Shown: in pieces, positions 48,113 through 56,613 of the stretch
How the letters are laid out: each line of letters starts with the position of its first letter
How positions within the stretch are numbered: the first letter of the stretch is position 1
From: Candidatus Latescibacterota bacterium
GTDB taxonomy: Bacteria; Latescibacterota; UBA2968; UBA8231
DNA length: 64,000 nucleotides
Assembly (NCBI GenBank): GCA_965204725.1
Contig: OZ242005.1
Span: 2,624,001-2,688,000, forward strand
Direction of reading: 5' to 3'
Made by a program: the position numbers and the translations under genes
The notes under the pieces: model-generated
Databases searched by the model: none
What the model was told of the DNA's origin: nothing
The model's input: only the letters and a program-made list of their open reading frames with translations

Positions 48113-48265
48113 AGAGGCTTCCGCCTAAAGACGCATGCTTTTGCGGGGTCGGTGGGGATTGCGACCGCTGCAAAAATAAAACCCTAGTTGGCACGACAAA
48201 TGTCGCTCAACTAGGGTTTTATTGTACCGCCCAATTCGCACGACAAACGCCGTGCGCGGACGCAG

Positions 48266-48742
48266 CTATTCGCCGGCCTGTGCCTTGCGTTGCTCTAGCT
48301 CCTGCTTGGCTTGCTTTTTGCCCATCTTGCTGAGTGCGGCAATTTTTGGCAGGTGAGCCTCACGCGGCTTGGACGATCCCGCTTCCCAACGCAAAACAGT
48401 GTTGGTGCTAGTGCCGAGTAGTACGCCCACATCGGCTTGGGAAAGACTGAGGCGCTTGCGGTTGTTCTTGAACGAAGCCGGGGAAAATCGGGTTTTGGCT
48501 TTCCGCTTGGGCGCGGGTGCCGCGGCTTTCTTGGCGGGCGCGGGCTTGTCAGCTTTGGCTTTGGCTTTGGCTTTCGCCTTGGGCTTGGCTTTGGCCTTGG
48601 GCTGATCGTCTTGTTTTTCCAAGCGGGCGATGCGAGCGTTCTGCTCTTTGATGGTTTTCACAAGCTCGCGCGTCTGGTCTTGCACTTCTTTGCGAGCTAG
48701 CTTGCTGATCTCTTCTTTCAAAAGGGTTGCGAGGTTAGGCAT
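48266..48742 (-). CDS. XRE-type HTH protein with coiled coil and Lys/Ala/Pro-rich linker
   Basis: MPNLATLLKEEISKLARKE; RKRLSLSQADVGVLLGTSTNTVLRWEAG HTH; AAAGGA RBS. Confidence 0.8.
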   Translation of the reverse strand: MPNLATLLKEEISKLARKEVQDQTRELVKTIKEQNARIARLEKQDDQPKAKAKPKAKAKAKAKADKPAPAKKAAAPAPKRKAKTRFSPASFKNNRKRLSLSQADVGVLLGTSTNTVLRWEAGSSKPREAHLPKIAALSKMGKKQAKQELEQRKAQAGE

Positions 48743-49138
48743 GAAATATCCTTTCGCCTTTAAGGAAGTGTAGGTGCGAATGTTTCCAAATTAAGAGAAA
48801 GATCGACTATTTAGCAAATGCAAGTAGTGGGCACTTTGAATTTTTTGGACATTTTGTCTCCTTATCGGGGCTGAAATTTGCAAAGTGACCCGCGACCTAA
48901 ATGCCTGTCTCCCCGCTGGCAAAAGGTAGGGTCTCAACGACATTTACGCCGACCGGCCACGCAAAATTTTGTGGAATCGGCGCGTTGGTCTGGCGTGTCG
49001 TATTAGGGAAAATTTGCTGCGACAAAGGGACATTTCGCGCTTTTGCTTTTTGCGATTGTAGGTGGGATGGGAAAGTGCGTTGCGCCCTATTTCTGTGCAG
49101 AGCAAAACGACGCGAACAGGTAGAAAATTACATCGGCA

Positions 49139-49321
49139 CTATAGCAATCCTACATGACTTGCAAGCATGTAGAGATGCTTCGACTACGCTTCGCTACGCT
49201 CAGCATGACACACAGACGGGGGCTGCGTCCCCCACACCTTGTCATACTGAGCGTAGCGAAGTATCTCATACCCAAAACGCCATGCAGAACATCCCTTATG
49301 AACGATGTAGGACGGCTATAG
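49139..49321. mobile_element. MITE-like element (17-bp TIRs) enclosing a REP-type inverted pair
   Basis: CTATAGCAATCCTACAT / ATGTAGGACGGCTATAG (2 mismatches). Inside, GAGATGCTTCG..CTACGCTCAGCATGACA (49172-49210) is inverted with TGTCATACTGAGCGTAGCGAAGTATCTC (49240-49267). Confidence 0.7.
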
Positions 49322-49390
49322 CGCGAAAAAACGCCGACTCGGTACGATACATTGTGAGCGTCAATACAGCGTTTCCACGATGCTTTTGCG

Positions 49391-50845
49391 CTAGGCGTTG
49401 TAAGCTGTTGATGCCGTCGTTCCTCCGCGTCCGGTCCAGTTGGTGTGAAAGAACGTGCCGCGCGGCTTGTCGGTGCGCTCATAAGTATGGGCACCGAAGT
49501 AGTCGCGCTGGGCTTGGAGCAGATTGGCGGGCAGGCGGGCGGAGCGGTAGCCGTCGTAGTACGCGAGGGCACTGGAAAAGGTCGGCACCGGGATGCCGAG
49601 GGTTGCGGCCGTAGCCACGACTCTGCGCCACGACGCTTGGGTTTGCGCGAGGGCTTGGCTGAAGTACGGCGCGAGCAGCAGATTGGCCAGCGTTGGCTCC
49701 GCGTCAAAGGCTTCCTTGATGCGGCCCAAAAACTGGGCGCGAATAATGCAGCCGCCGCGCCACAGCAGGGCGATGCCTCCGTAGTTGAGCGCCCAGTCGT
49801 ATTCGCGGGCGGCGAGGGCGAGCAACTGATAGCCTTGGGCGTAGGAACAAATTTTGGCCGCGTACAGGGCGCGGCGGATGTCTTCGACAAAAGCGTCTTT
49901 GTCACCCGTAAACGAAGCGTCTGGTCCCGGGAGGATGCTGGCGGCCGCTACGCGCTCGTCCTTGAGGAAGGATAGCGCACGGCTGAAGACGGCCTCGGTA
50001 ATGGCGGTTACGGGCGCACCCAATTGCAGGGCGTCGATGCCGGTCCACTTGCCAGTGCCCTTTTGCCCGGCCGCGTCAAGTATGACATCGACCAGCGGCT
50101 GGCCGGTCTCGTCGTCGGTCTTGGCGAGGATGTCGCCGGTTATTTCGATGAGGTAGCTGTCGAGCTCGCCCTCATTCCACTGCTTGAAAATTTCGCTCTG
50201 CGCCTGCGGCTCAATACCGAGGGCCTCGCGCATCAGGGCGTAGGCCTCGGCGATCATCTGCATATCGCCGTACTCAATGCCGTTGTGGACCATTTTCACG
50301 TAGTGCCCGGCCCCATCGCGCCCCACCCAATCGCAACACGGGCTGCCGTCGGCGACTTTGGCGGCAATGGCTTGGAAGAGGTCTTTGATGTGGGGCCAAG
50401 CGGCCGGGTTGCCGCCGGGCATGATGCTCGGCCCCTTGAGCGCGCCCTCCTCGCCACCGGAGACGCCCGTGCCCACGTAGAGCAAGCCTTTGGCCGCCAG
50501 CGCTTGGGTGCGGCGAGCCGTGTCTTGGTAGTTGGAGTTGCCTCCGTCAATGAGGATGTCGCCGCGGTCGAGCAGGGGCGCGAGCTCCGCTATGACGCGG
50601 TCAACGGCTTGGCCGGCTTGAACCATCAGCATCACGCGGCGCGGCCTTTTGAGTTGGGCGAGCAGTTCGGCGGGCGAATGGGTGCCGATGATGGATTGGC
50701 CGCGGGCGCGGCCGGTCATAAAGGCCTGGACCTTGGCGGTTGTGCGGTTGTACACCGCAACGGTGAAACCGCGACTCGCCATGTTGAGGACGAGGTTTTC
50801 GCCCATCACGGCTAGGCCGATTAGGCCGATGTCTGCTTGGCTCAT
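49391..50845 (-). CDS. gnd: 6-phosphogluconate dehydrogenase (NADP+, decarboxylating)
   Basis: GLIGLAVMG, YNRT, DGGNS, VSGGEEGA, KMVHNGIEY, QAQRDYFGAHTY. Confidence 0.97.
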   Translation of the reverse strand: MSQADIGLIGLAVMGENLVLNMASRGFTVAVYNRTTAKVQAFMTGRARGQSIIGTHSPAELLAQLKRPRRVMLMVQAGQAVDRVIAELAPLLDRGDILIDGGNSNYQDTARRTQALAAKGLLYVGTGVSGGEEGALKGPSIMPGGNPAAWPHIKDLFQAIAAKVADGSPCCDWVGRDGAGHYVKMVHNGIEYGDMQMIAEAYALMREALGIEPQAQSEIFKQWNEGELDSYLIEITGDILAKTDDETGQPLVDVILDAAGQKGTGKWTGIDALQLGAPVTAITEAVFSRALSFLKDERVAAASILPGPDASFTGDKDAFVEDIRRALYAAKICSYAQGYQLLALAAREYDWALNYGGIALLWRGGCIIRAQFLGRIKEAFDAEPTLANLLLAPYFSQALAQTQASWRRVVATAATLGIPVPTFSSALAYYDGYRSARLPANLLQAQRDYFGAHTYERTDKPRGTFFHTNWTGRGGTTASTAYNA

Positions 50846-52530
50846 TGAACTCCTCCGGTGGGGTCGTCGTGCGGGTTTAGGGCGCGGCGCAGTTGGGCAA
50901 TACCCGCCGCGATGTCCGCGCCTAGATGGATGCGGAGCACGGCCCGCCCGCGATCGGCGAGGGCTTGGCGGTCGCCGAGGGCTTGGGCTTGGGCGAGGAC
51001 GCCGAAGGTGATGCTAGAGGCCGCGGCCCCCGCTTCGTCGGGAATCGGCGCGTCCTCGCCTGAGTCTGCCGTTAGCTGAATAAAAAGCCCGCGTCCGGCG
51101 TCGCCCTTGTGTAGTTGGCCAGTCGAATGCAGATAGCGCGGGCCAAAGCCGAGGGTTGTGGCTAGGCCGGTGCGCGCTAGTAGCTGGCGGCGCATGTACT
51201 GTAGGGCGGCGGTGGTCTCCGGGGTCGGCGGGAGATGCGCTTGCAGGGCAATGTACGCGCCTTTTCGGGCGTCGAGAAAGTGCGTTAGGGCCTCAGGCAA
51301 GGTGGTGCCCTGCACCGGTCCGTATAGCGCGAGGCCATCAACGAGATCGGGAGCGGGGGCGGGCAACGCACCGCATAGCTGATAAGCCGCGACCATCCGC
51401 CGGGCCTGTTCCTTGGCCCCCTCGACATCGGGCTGGTCGAAAGGATGAATGCCGAGGAAAAACCCGGCGATGGCTGCGGCCATTTCCCAGTGAAAGAAGG
51501 CTGCGCCGAGATCGTAGGCGTCCGCGAGTTGGAGGCACAAGAGGGGATGCCCGGCTGCGGCTATGGCTTGGGCGCGGGCATCGGCCTCCGCGTCCAACCG
51601 CAGATGGACGAAGAGCCGGTCAGGGCCGTAGGCGTGGGCTGGACATTCAGGCTCCAGATCGACCGGCAGCAGGCCCTTGCCATCTTTGCCGGTGCTCTCG
51701 GCGATGAGTTGCTCAATCCAAGCACCCAGCGGGCGGGCGGCGGGCGAAGCGATGAGGGTCAGCTTGTCGCGGCCAGCGAGGAACCCCGCGCCTAAAAAGG
51801 CACCGAGTTGGATGCCCGGTTGTGGATCGGCCGCGGCTCGCTCGGCCCGGTCGAGCAGACGGCCGAGATCCGCGCCAATGGCTCCGGCCGCGACCAAGCC
51901 ATAGTACGACAGGGCCGAGTAGCGCCCGCCGATGTCGGGGTCGTTGCGAAAGACGCGGCGGAAGCCGAGGCGGTGCGCGAGGGCTTCGAGGCCGCTGCCC
52001 GGGTCGGTGATAGCGGCGAAATGCCGTCCGGCTTCCTCTCGCCCGAGGGCGTCGGCCGTGCGGTTGTAAAAGTACTTGAGCAAGGACAGCGTCTCTACGG
52101 TGCCGCCGGACTTGGTCGCCGGGAGAAATAGGGTGCGGGCTGGGTCAAGGGTACGCGCTTGGGCCAAGACAGCGACGGGTTGGGTACTGTCGAGCACCGA
52201 GAGGTCGAGAAAACCATCGGCCACACCCAAGACCGCACGGAAAACCTCCGACGCGAGGCTAGAGCCGCCCATGCCCAACAGCAGGGCGTGGGTATAGCCA
52301 TCGGCGCGGACCTCGTCGATGAATTGGCCAACGGGGCCGATGGCGTCCCGCATGACGCGCGGGCTGTCGAGCCATCCGAGCCGATTGGCAATCTCGGTGG
52401 GGTCGGGCCGCCAGACCGTGTGATCGCGGGCGAGGATGCGCTCATAGACGCGCTCGGCCGCTAGACGCTCGCTGGCCCGCTGCACTTGAGCGGCAAAATC
52501 GGCCGAGGCCCAAAGGTTGGAAACCTGCAT
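50842..52530 (-). CDS. pgi: Glucose-6-phosphate isomerase (type resembling the PGI domain of Tal/Pgi fusions)
   Basis: RLGWL, GMGGSS, KSGGTVET, ITDPGS, IGGRYS, AESTGK, PFDQPDVE, HSTGQLHKG. Confidence 0.88.
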   Translation of the reverse strand: MQVSNLWASADFAAQVQRASERLAAERVYERILARDHTVWRPDPTEIANRLGWLDSPRVMRDAIGPVGQFIDEVRADGYTHALLLGMGGSSLASEVFRAVLGVADGFLDLSVLDSTQPVAVLAQARTLDPARTLFLPATKSGGTVETLSLLKYFYNRTADALGREEAGRHFAAITDPGSGLEALAHRLGFRRVFRNDPDIGGRYSALSYYGLVAAGAIGADLGRLLDRAERAAADPQPGIQLGAFLGAGFLAGRDKLTLIASPAARPLGAWIEQLIAESTGKDGKGLLPVDLEPECPAHAYGPDRLFVHLRLDAEADARAQAIAAAGHPLLCLQLADAYDLGAAFFHWEMAAAIAGFFLGIHPFDQPDVEGAKEQARRMVAAYQLCGALPAPAPDLVDGLALYGPVQGTTLPEALTHFLDARKGAYIALQAHLPPTPETTAALQYMRRQLLARTGLATTLGFGPRYLHSTGQLHKGDAGRGLFIQLTADSGEDAPIPDEAGAAASSITFGVLAQAQALGDRQALADRGRAVLRIHLGADIAAGIAQLRRALNPHDDPTGGVQ

Positions 52531-52702
52531 CGAAGGTCCTTGTCCTAAGAAGCTGAAGGAGGGGTCGCGTACTGTAGATCACTATCTTGTCTGCTGCGTT
52601 GGAAATGGTTAAAGAAAGTACGCGGTCAAATAGGGAAAGCAAACGACGCGATTCAGGGTAGTGGGTCGCCTCACTACGCGATACCAGCGGCCAGCTTTCC
52701 AC

Positions 52703-52749
52703 GGATCGAGGGCATCTTGCCCTCGTCGAGGGCGGGACGCCCTCGATCC
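52703..52749. repeat. REP-like doublet GGATCGAGGGCATCTTGCCCTCG-T-CGAGGGCGGGACGCCCTCGATCC
   Basis: Two CGAGGGC..GCCCTCG hairpins inside an overall palindrome; intergenic. Confidence 0.75.
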
Positions 52750-52804
52750 CGGATGCAGCGGGAACTGTAGAAAAGGCGTACTTAAAATCAGCGAGAGGAA
52801 CGCT

Positions 52805-53017
52805 ATGCCAGCGACACTCTACACAGACGATGGGGCGTATTTCGTCCGCTTGGGCAATGGTGTGGTACTCCGGTGGTGCCGCGAGGACGAGGAGTGGATT
52901 AAGGGGCGTTGCGAGTTGCCTAGCGGGGCTACGCCAATCGGCTTTGCGGCCCTGCCGGAGGCCCTGCGCGAAGAGGTGCTGGCGGTGTTGGCCCGCGCCG
53001 CGGCGGTGTCGCGCTAG
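52805..53017 (+). CDS. Small hypothetical protein (70 aa)
   Basis: ATG after GAGAGGAA; MPATLYTDDGAYFVRLGNG..; ends at the addA stop. Confidence 0.55.
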   Translation: MPATLYTDDGAYFVRLGNGVVLRWCREDEEWIKGRCELPSGATPIGFAALPEALREEVLAVLARAAAVSR

Positions 53018-56000
53018 GTTTTGGCCGCGATGATCTGGGCGACGAGGTCGTCGAGGCGGGTGCGGACTGCGGCCAACTCGGCGGGTGTAAAGCGCACGAG
53101 ATGCTCCTCGTCTGTGTCAACAAAGTACAGGGTAGCGCGGTATTCGTCTTGGCCCGGGTAAAGACCCTGTAAGCAGAGGGCGTACATTTCCAATTGTAGT
53201 TGGTAGCGTTGCACTGACTCGGCTCGATTCGTGCGGTGGCCGGTTTTGTAGTCAACCAATTCCCACAACCCATCGGCCCCGCGTCCCATGTAATCAACCA
53301 CTCCATGTACCAACCCACGCGCTAGCGATAACGTAAAGCGCACTTCGGTCTGGGCCTCCGCTTGGGCGAGCCAGCGCGCGGCCAAGGGCGATTGACGGCA
53401 GCGGCGCAGCAGGACCGCCAACTCGCTCTCAAACGAAGCGCGATAGGATGCTACGGGCAAAGCAGCGGCCGCGACGAGGTCGGCCGCGAGATCGGCGGGA
53501 TCGGCATCCGGGCGGTTGCACAGGGCTTCTAAGCCGGCGTGGGCAAGCTGACCAAAGAGCATACCGCGGTGACGGGGCGCATCGACTTGGCCGAGGGGCC
53601 ACACCGGCAGGCCCAGCACATACTGGCGATGGTGCGCGGCCCGGTCCGCGGCAAAGAGGACCAACTCACTCGCGGCAAATTCGGGCCGGTCTTGGAGATC
53701 GTCGAGCGGCGACAGTAGGTCGAACTCTGGCGCGGGTGCTTGCACAGGCGCGGCGTCGAGGGCGCGAAAGGCCGGCTCGGCCACAGCGGTCGTCGCCGGG
53801 GCCGGAAACGCACTGGGATCGGTGTAGATGGGCAAGGGGGCTGGTACGCCGGCAACCTCCTTGGTGCCGCGAGCGAGATCGGCCTCGGTCAGGCCCAAGC
53901 TCCCACAAATCCAGCCGAGGCAGTCCACAGCCGTGCTGAGGTCGGCGGGGAGGTGCTTGTCGGTAAGCGCACCGCCGAGCAACAGGTGATCGCGGGCGCG
54001 GGTGCAAGCCACGTACAACAGGCGCTTCTCTTCGGCGTGCTGGCGGCGACGTGCGTTGCGGTTGATGAGGGCGCGGATATAGGATTGGACCGTTTTGTAA
54101 TCCTGCTCGGGGTCGCGCGTACTCAAGCCGATGCCCTTTTCCGCGTCGAGGAGGACAGGGTCGCTGCTTCCCAAGTTAAATCGCGCGGCCAAGTCGGGGA
54201 CTACGACGATGGGAAACTCCAAGCCCTTGGCCGCATGTACGGTTAGGATGTGCAAGGCGTCCGCCTCGAGGAGGGCCTCGCCCTCTTGTTCTTCTTCGGC
54301 CGTCAACAAATCGAGCCGAACCACGAAATCGGCGAGGGGACCGCGGAAGTCGCGGGCGAGGTCGAGGAGCTTTTCGACGTTGGCGATGGCCTGCTCTCCG
54401 CGCTCGCCATAGCAGAGAAAGCCCCAAGCCCCGGTGTCTTCGAGGACGGCGTGTAGAAGCTCGACGAGGGGCACACGGTCGCGCAACCCTCGCCAAGACT
54501 GGATCCGAGCGACCGCGTCCGCAGCGGCCTCTCGATCCGCCGGGGCGAGACGCTGCCGCCAGTCGGCGTCCTCTAGGTGCTCGGCCAGCCGCCCGCCACT
54601 GGGCGCGGTCAGCGCGTACAGGGCGTTGTCCGAGAGGCCAAAGTACGGCGAGCGCAACGCGCCCATCAGGGCGATGCTGTCGCCGGGGTTGCACAGGACG
54701 CGGAGGATATTGGCTAGATCGTAGATTTCCTGACGCTGGTAAAAGCCCCGGCCGCCGGCCACTTGGAAGGGGATGCCGCAGGCGCGCAGCGCGTCTTCAT
54801 ACGCGAAGAGGTTGCGGCGTCGGCGCAAAAGCAAGGCGATGTCCTTGGGCTCCGGTCGCCGCAAGTCCTCTCCGTCGGCGACCTGCAAATCGTCGCCCTC
54901 CAACAGGTGGCTCAGGCGGCGGGCCACGAGCTCGGCTTCGCGCCGCGCGGCTTCTGCTGAGTCGCGGCTATCCTCGGGCGGCAAGAGCAACAACTCGACC
55001 GAACCCGCGCTTACACTGCTGGAGCGGCACCCGACGAGCGGGTCGTAGCCGACCTGAAAAGGCTCGTCCGGGACCGCCTGCATGAACTTGGGAAAGAGCG
55101 CGTTGACAAAGGCAATGGGCTGGGCAAGAGTGCGAAAATTTTCGCCCATGACGAGGGCTCCGCGTCGCTGGGTAGGTGAGGCGTCGAGGACCTCGCCGTC
55201 GTCGCAAAAGGGCCGGGCATCGCGCTCGTGCGCGGCATTGGCCTCTTCAATGGCCTCGCGAACGCGGGCGAAGACCGTGACGTCGGCCGCGCGGAACGAG
55301 TAAATCGACTGCTTGGGATCGCCGACAATGAATAGCTTGTCGCCAGCCATTGGCCCGTCGGGCGACGCCAGCGAGCGGATGATTTCCCACTGCACGGGAT
55401 CGGTGTCTTGGAATTCGTCGATCAGCGCGAAACGATAGTGTTGGGCCAAGCGGTGGCGAATATCCGCGTCCGTAGCGATGAGTTGCTGGCTTTTCTCTAG
55501 GAGATCGTCCATGTCCAGCATCCGGCCGTTGCCCTTGCCGCGCTCACAGCGCTCATCGGCGCGGAGGAAGAGGCGCGACAGGGCGGGTAGCACGGCCGCG
55601 ACGCGCTCGTCGGCCGCCCCAAGTTCGCAGCCGAGGAGATCGGCGTGGGGCGCGAGGCAGCACCCCAAGGCGGGCACGAGTTCGCGCACCCGGGCCAGCG
55701 CGTCCGCGTCCCAATTGGATTTCTTGCCCAGTCGGCCGCCGCTCAAGGGCCTGCCATTAGTCAAAAGCCCCTCGGCGAGGCGCGGGAGGATCGCGACCGC
55801 CTCATCGAGCGGGGGCGTTTGGCTTAGCCGGCGCATGGGATCGCGGAGCGGAGCCAACCGCTCGACAGCCGAGTCGCGCTCATCGGTTCGGGGCGCGAGC
55901 GCGGCAAGCTCCGCGAGCATCGCAATAAAGTGAGGGTCGTCCAACAAGGCGTGACACGCGGGCGCACAGGCCGCTTGCTGCATCGCACGCCAGTCGCCGA

Positions 56001-56613
56001 GAATTTGGTCGGGCGATTGCTCAACGTAGCGGCGGCACCACGAGCGGGCGAGGTGCTTTTGCGCGAGCAGGCGTTGCAAGACCTGCTCGAGATAGCGACG
56101 CGGCCATTCGGCCAAGGTGCGCCGCAGGGCCGCTTTATCTTGGTCGGAGTCTTGCGTCCGGGCCAAGGACTCTAGGGTTTGGCGCACCGCTTGAGACCTA
56201 AGCTGCGCAGCATCTACTTCCTCCAAGACTGCAAAGGCCGGGTCCACATCCGCTTCAATGGGGTACTCGCGCAACAGCGCGGCACAAAAGGCGTGAATGG
56301 TGGAAATGCGGGCGGCAGGCAACTCTTCGCGAATTTGCCGCAAGCGCTGCCTTTCTGGTTCGGACAACGCTTGGGCGAGCCCGTCGGACAGCCGCTGGGC
56401 GATGCGCTCGCGCATTTCCGCCGCGGCCTTTTGGGTAAAGGTAATGGCCAGCACTTGGCGCACGCCGATGTCGGGATGTTGGAGCAATAGCTCGATATAG
56501 CGCTCGACGAGCGTTGCGGTCTTGCCAGCACCGGCACTAGCGGTGACCGCGATATTGCGCTGACTGTCGAGGGCCATGCGCTGGACTGGCGTCAGGGGGA
56601 CAGCGCGCTTCAC
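53014..56613 (-). CDS. addA: AddA/RecB-like UvrD helicase-nuclease
   Basis: ASAGAGKT, ITFTQKAAAEMRER, IDEFQDT, VGDPKQSIYSFR, TVHAAKGLEF, YVACTRA, DYKT. GTG start overlaps the addB stop. Confidence 0.9.
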   Translation of the reverse strand: MKRAVPLTPVQRMALDSQRNIAVTASAGAGKTATLVERYIELLLQHPDIGVRQVLAITFTQKAAAEMRERIAQRLSDGLAQALSEPERQRLRQIREELPAARISTIHAFCAALLREYPIEADVDPAFAVLEEVDAAQLRSQAVRQTLESLARTQDSDQDKAALRRTLAEWPRRYLEQVLQRLLAQKHLARSWCRRYVEQSPDQILGDWRAMQQAACAPACHALLDDPHFIAMLAELAALAPRTDERDSAVERLAPLRDPMRRLSQTPPLDEAVAILPRLAEGLLTNGRPLSGGRLGKKSNWDADALARVRELVPALGCCLAPHADLLGCELGAADERVAAVLPALSRLFLRADERCERGKGNGRMLDMDDLLEKSQQLIATDADIRHRLAQHYRFALIDEFQDTDPVQWEIIRSLASPDGPMAGDKLFIVGDPKQSIYSFRAADVTVFARVREAIEEANAAHERDARPFCDDGEVLDASPTQRRGALVMGENFRTLAQPIAFVNALFPKFMQAVPDEPFQVGYDPLVGCRSSSVSAGSVELLLLPPEDSRDSAEAARREAELVARRLSHLLEGDDLQVADGEDLRRPEPKDIALLLRRRRNLFAYEDALRACGIPFQVAGGRGFYQRQEIYDLANILRVLCNPGDSIALMGALRSPYFGLSDNALYALTAPSGGRLAEHLEDADWRQRLAPADREAAADAVARIQSWRGLRDRVPLVELLHAVLEDTGAWGFLCYGERGEQAIANVEKLLDLARDFRGPLADFVVRLDLLTAEEEQEGEALLEADALHILTVHAAKGLEFPIVVVPDLAARFNLGSSDPVLLDAEKGIGLSTRDPEQDYKTVQSYIRALINRNARRRQHAEEKRLLYVACTRARDHLLLGGALTDKHLPADLSTAVDCLGWICGSLGLTEADLARGTKEVAGVPAPLPIYTDPSAFPAPATTAVAEPAFRALDAAPVQAPAPEFDLLSPLDDLQDRPEFAASELVLFAADRAAHHRQYVLGLPVWPLGQVDAPRHRGMLFGQLAHAGLEALCNRPDADPADLAADLVAAAALPVASYRASFESELAVLLRRCRQSPLAARWLAQAEAQTEVRFTLSLARGLVHGVVDYMGRGADGLWELVDYKTGHRTNRAESVQRYQLQLEMYALCLQGLYPGQDEYRATLYFVDTDEEHLVRFTPAELAAVRTRLDDLVAQIIAAKT

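Noticed and set aside
48901-49905. ORFs 48901..49614 (+) and 49150..49905 (-)
   Set aside because: They run through the MITE/REP and overlap gnd, with no recognisable motifs; treated as spurious.
50842-52530. Bifunctional transaldolase/PGI
   Set aside because: Only the PGI portion is present; there is no transaldolase domain upstream.
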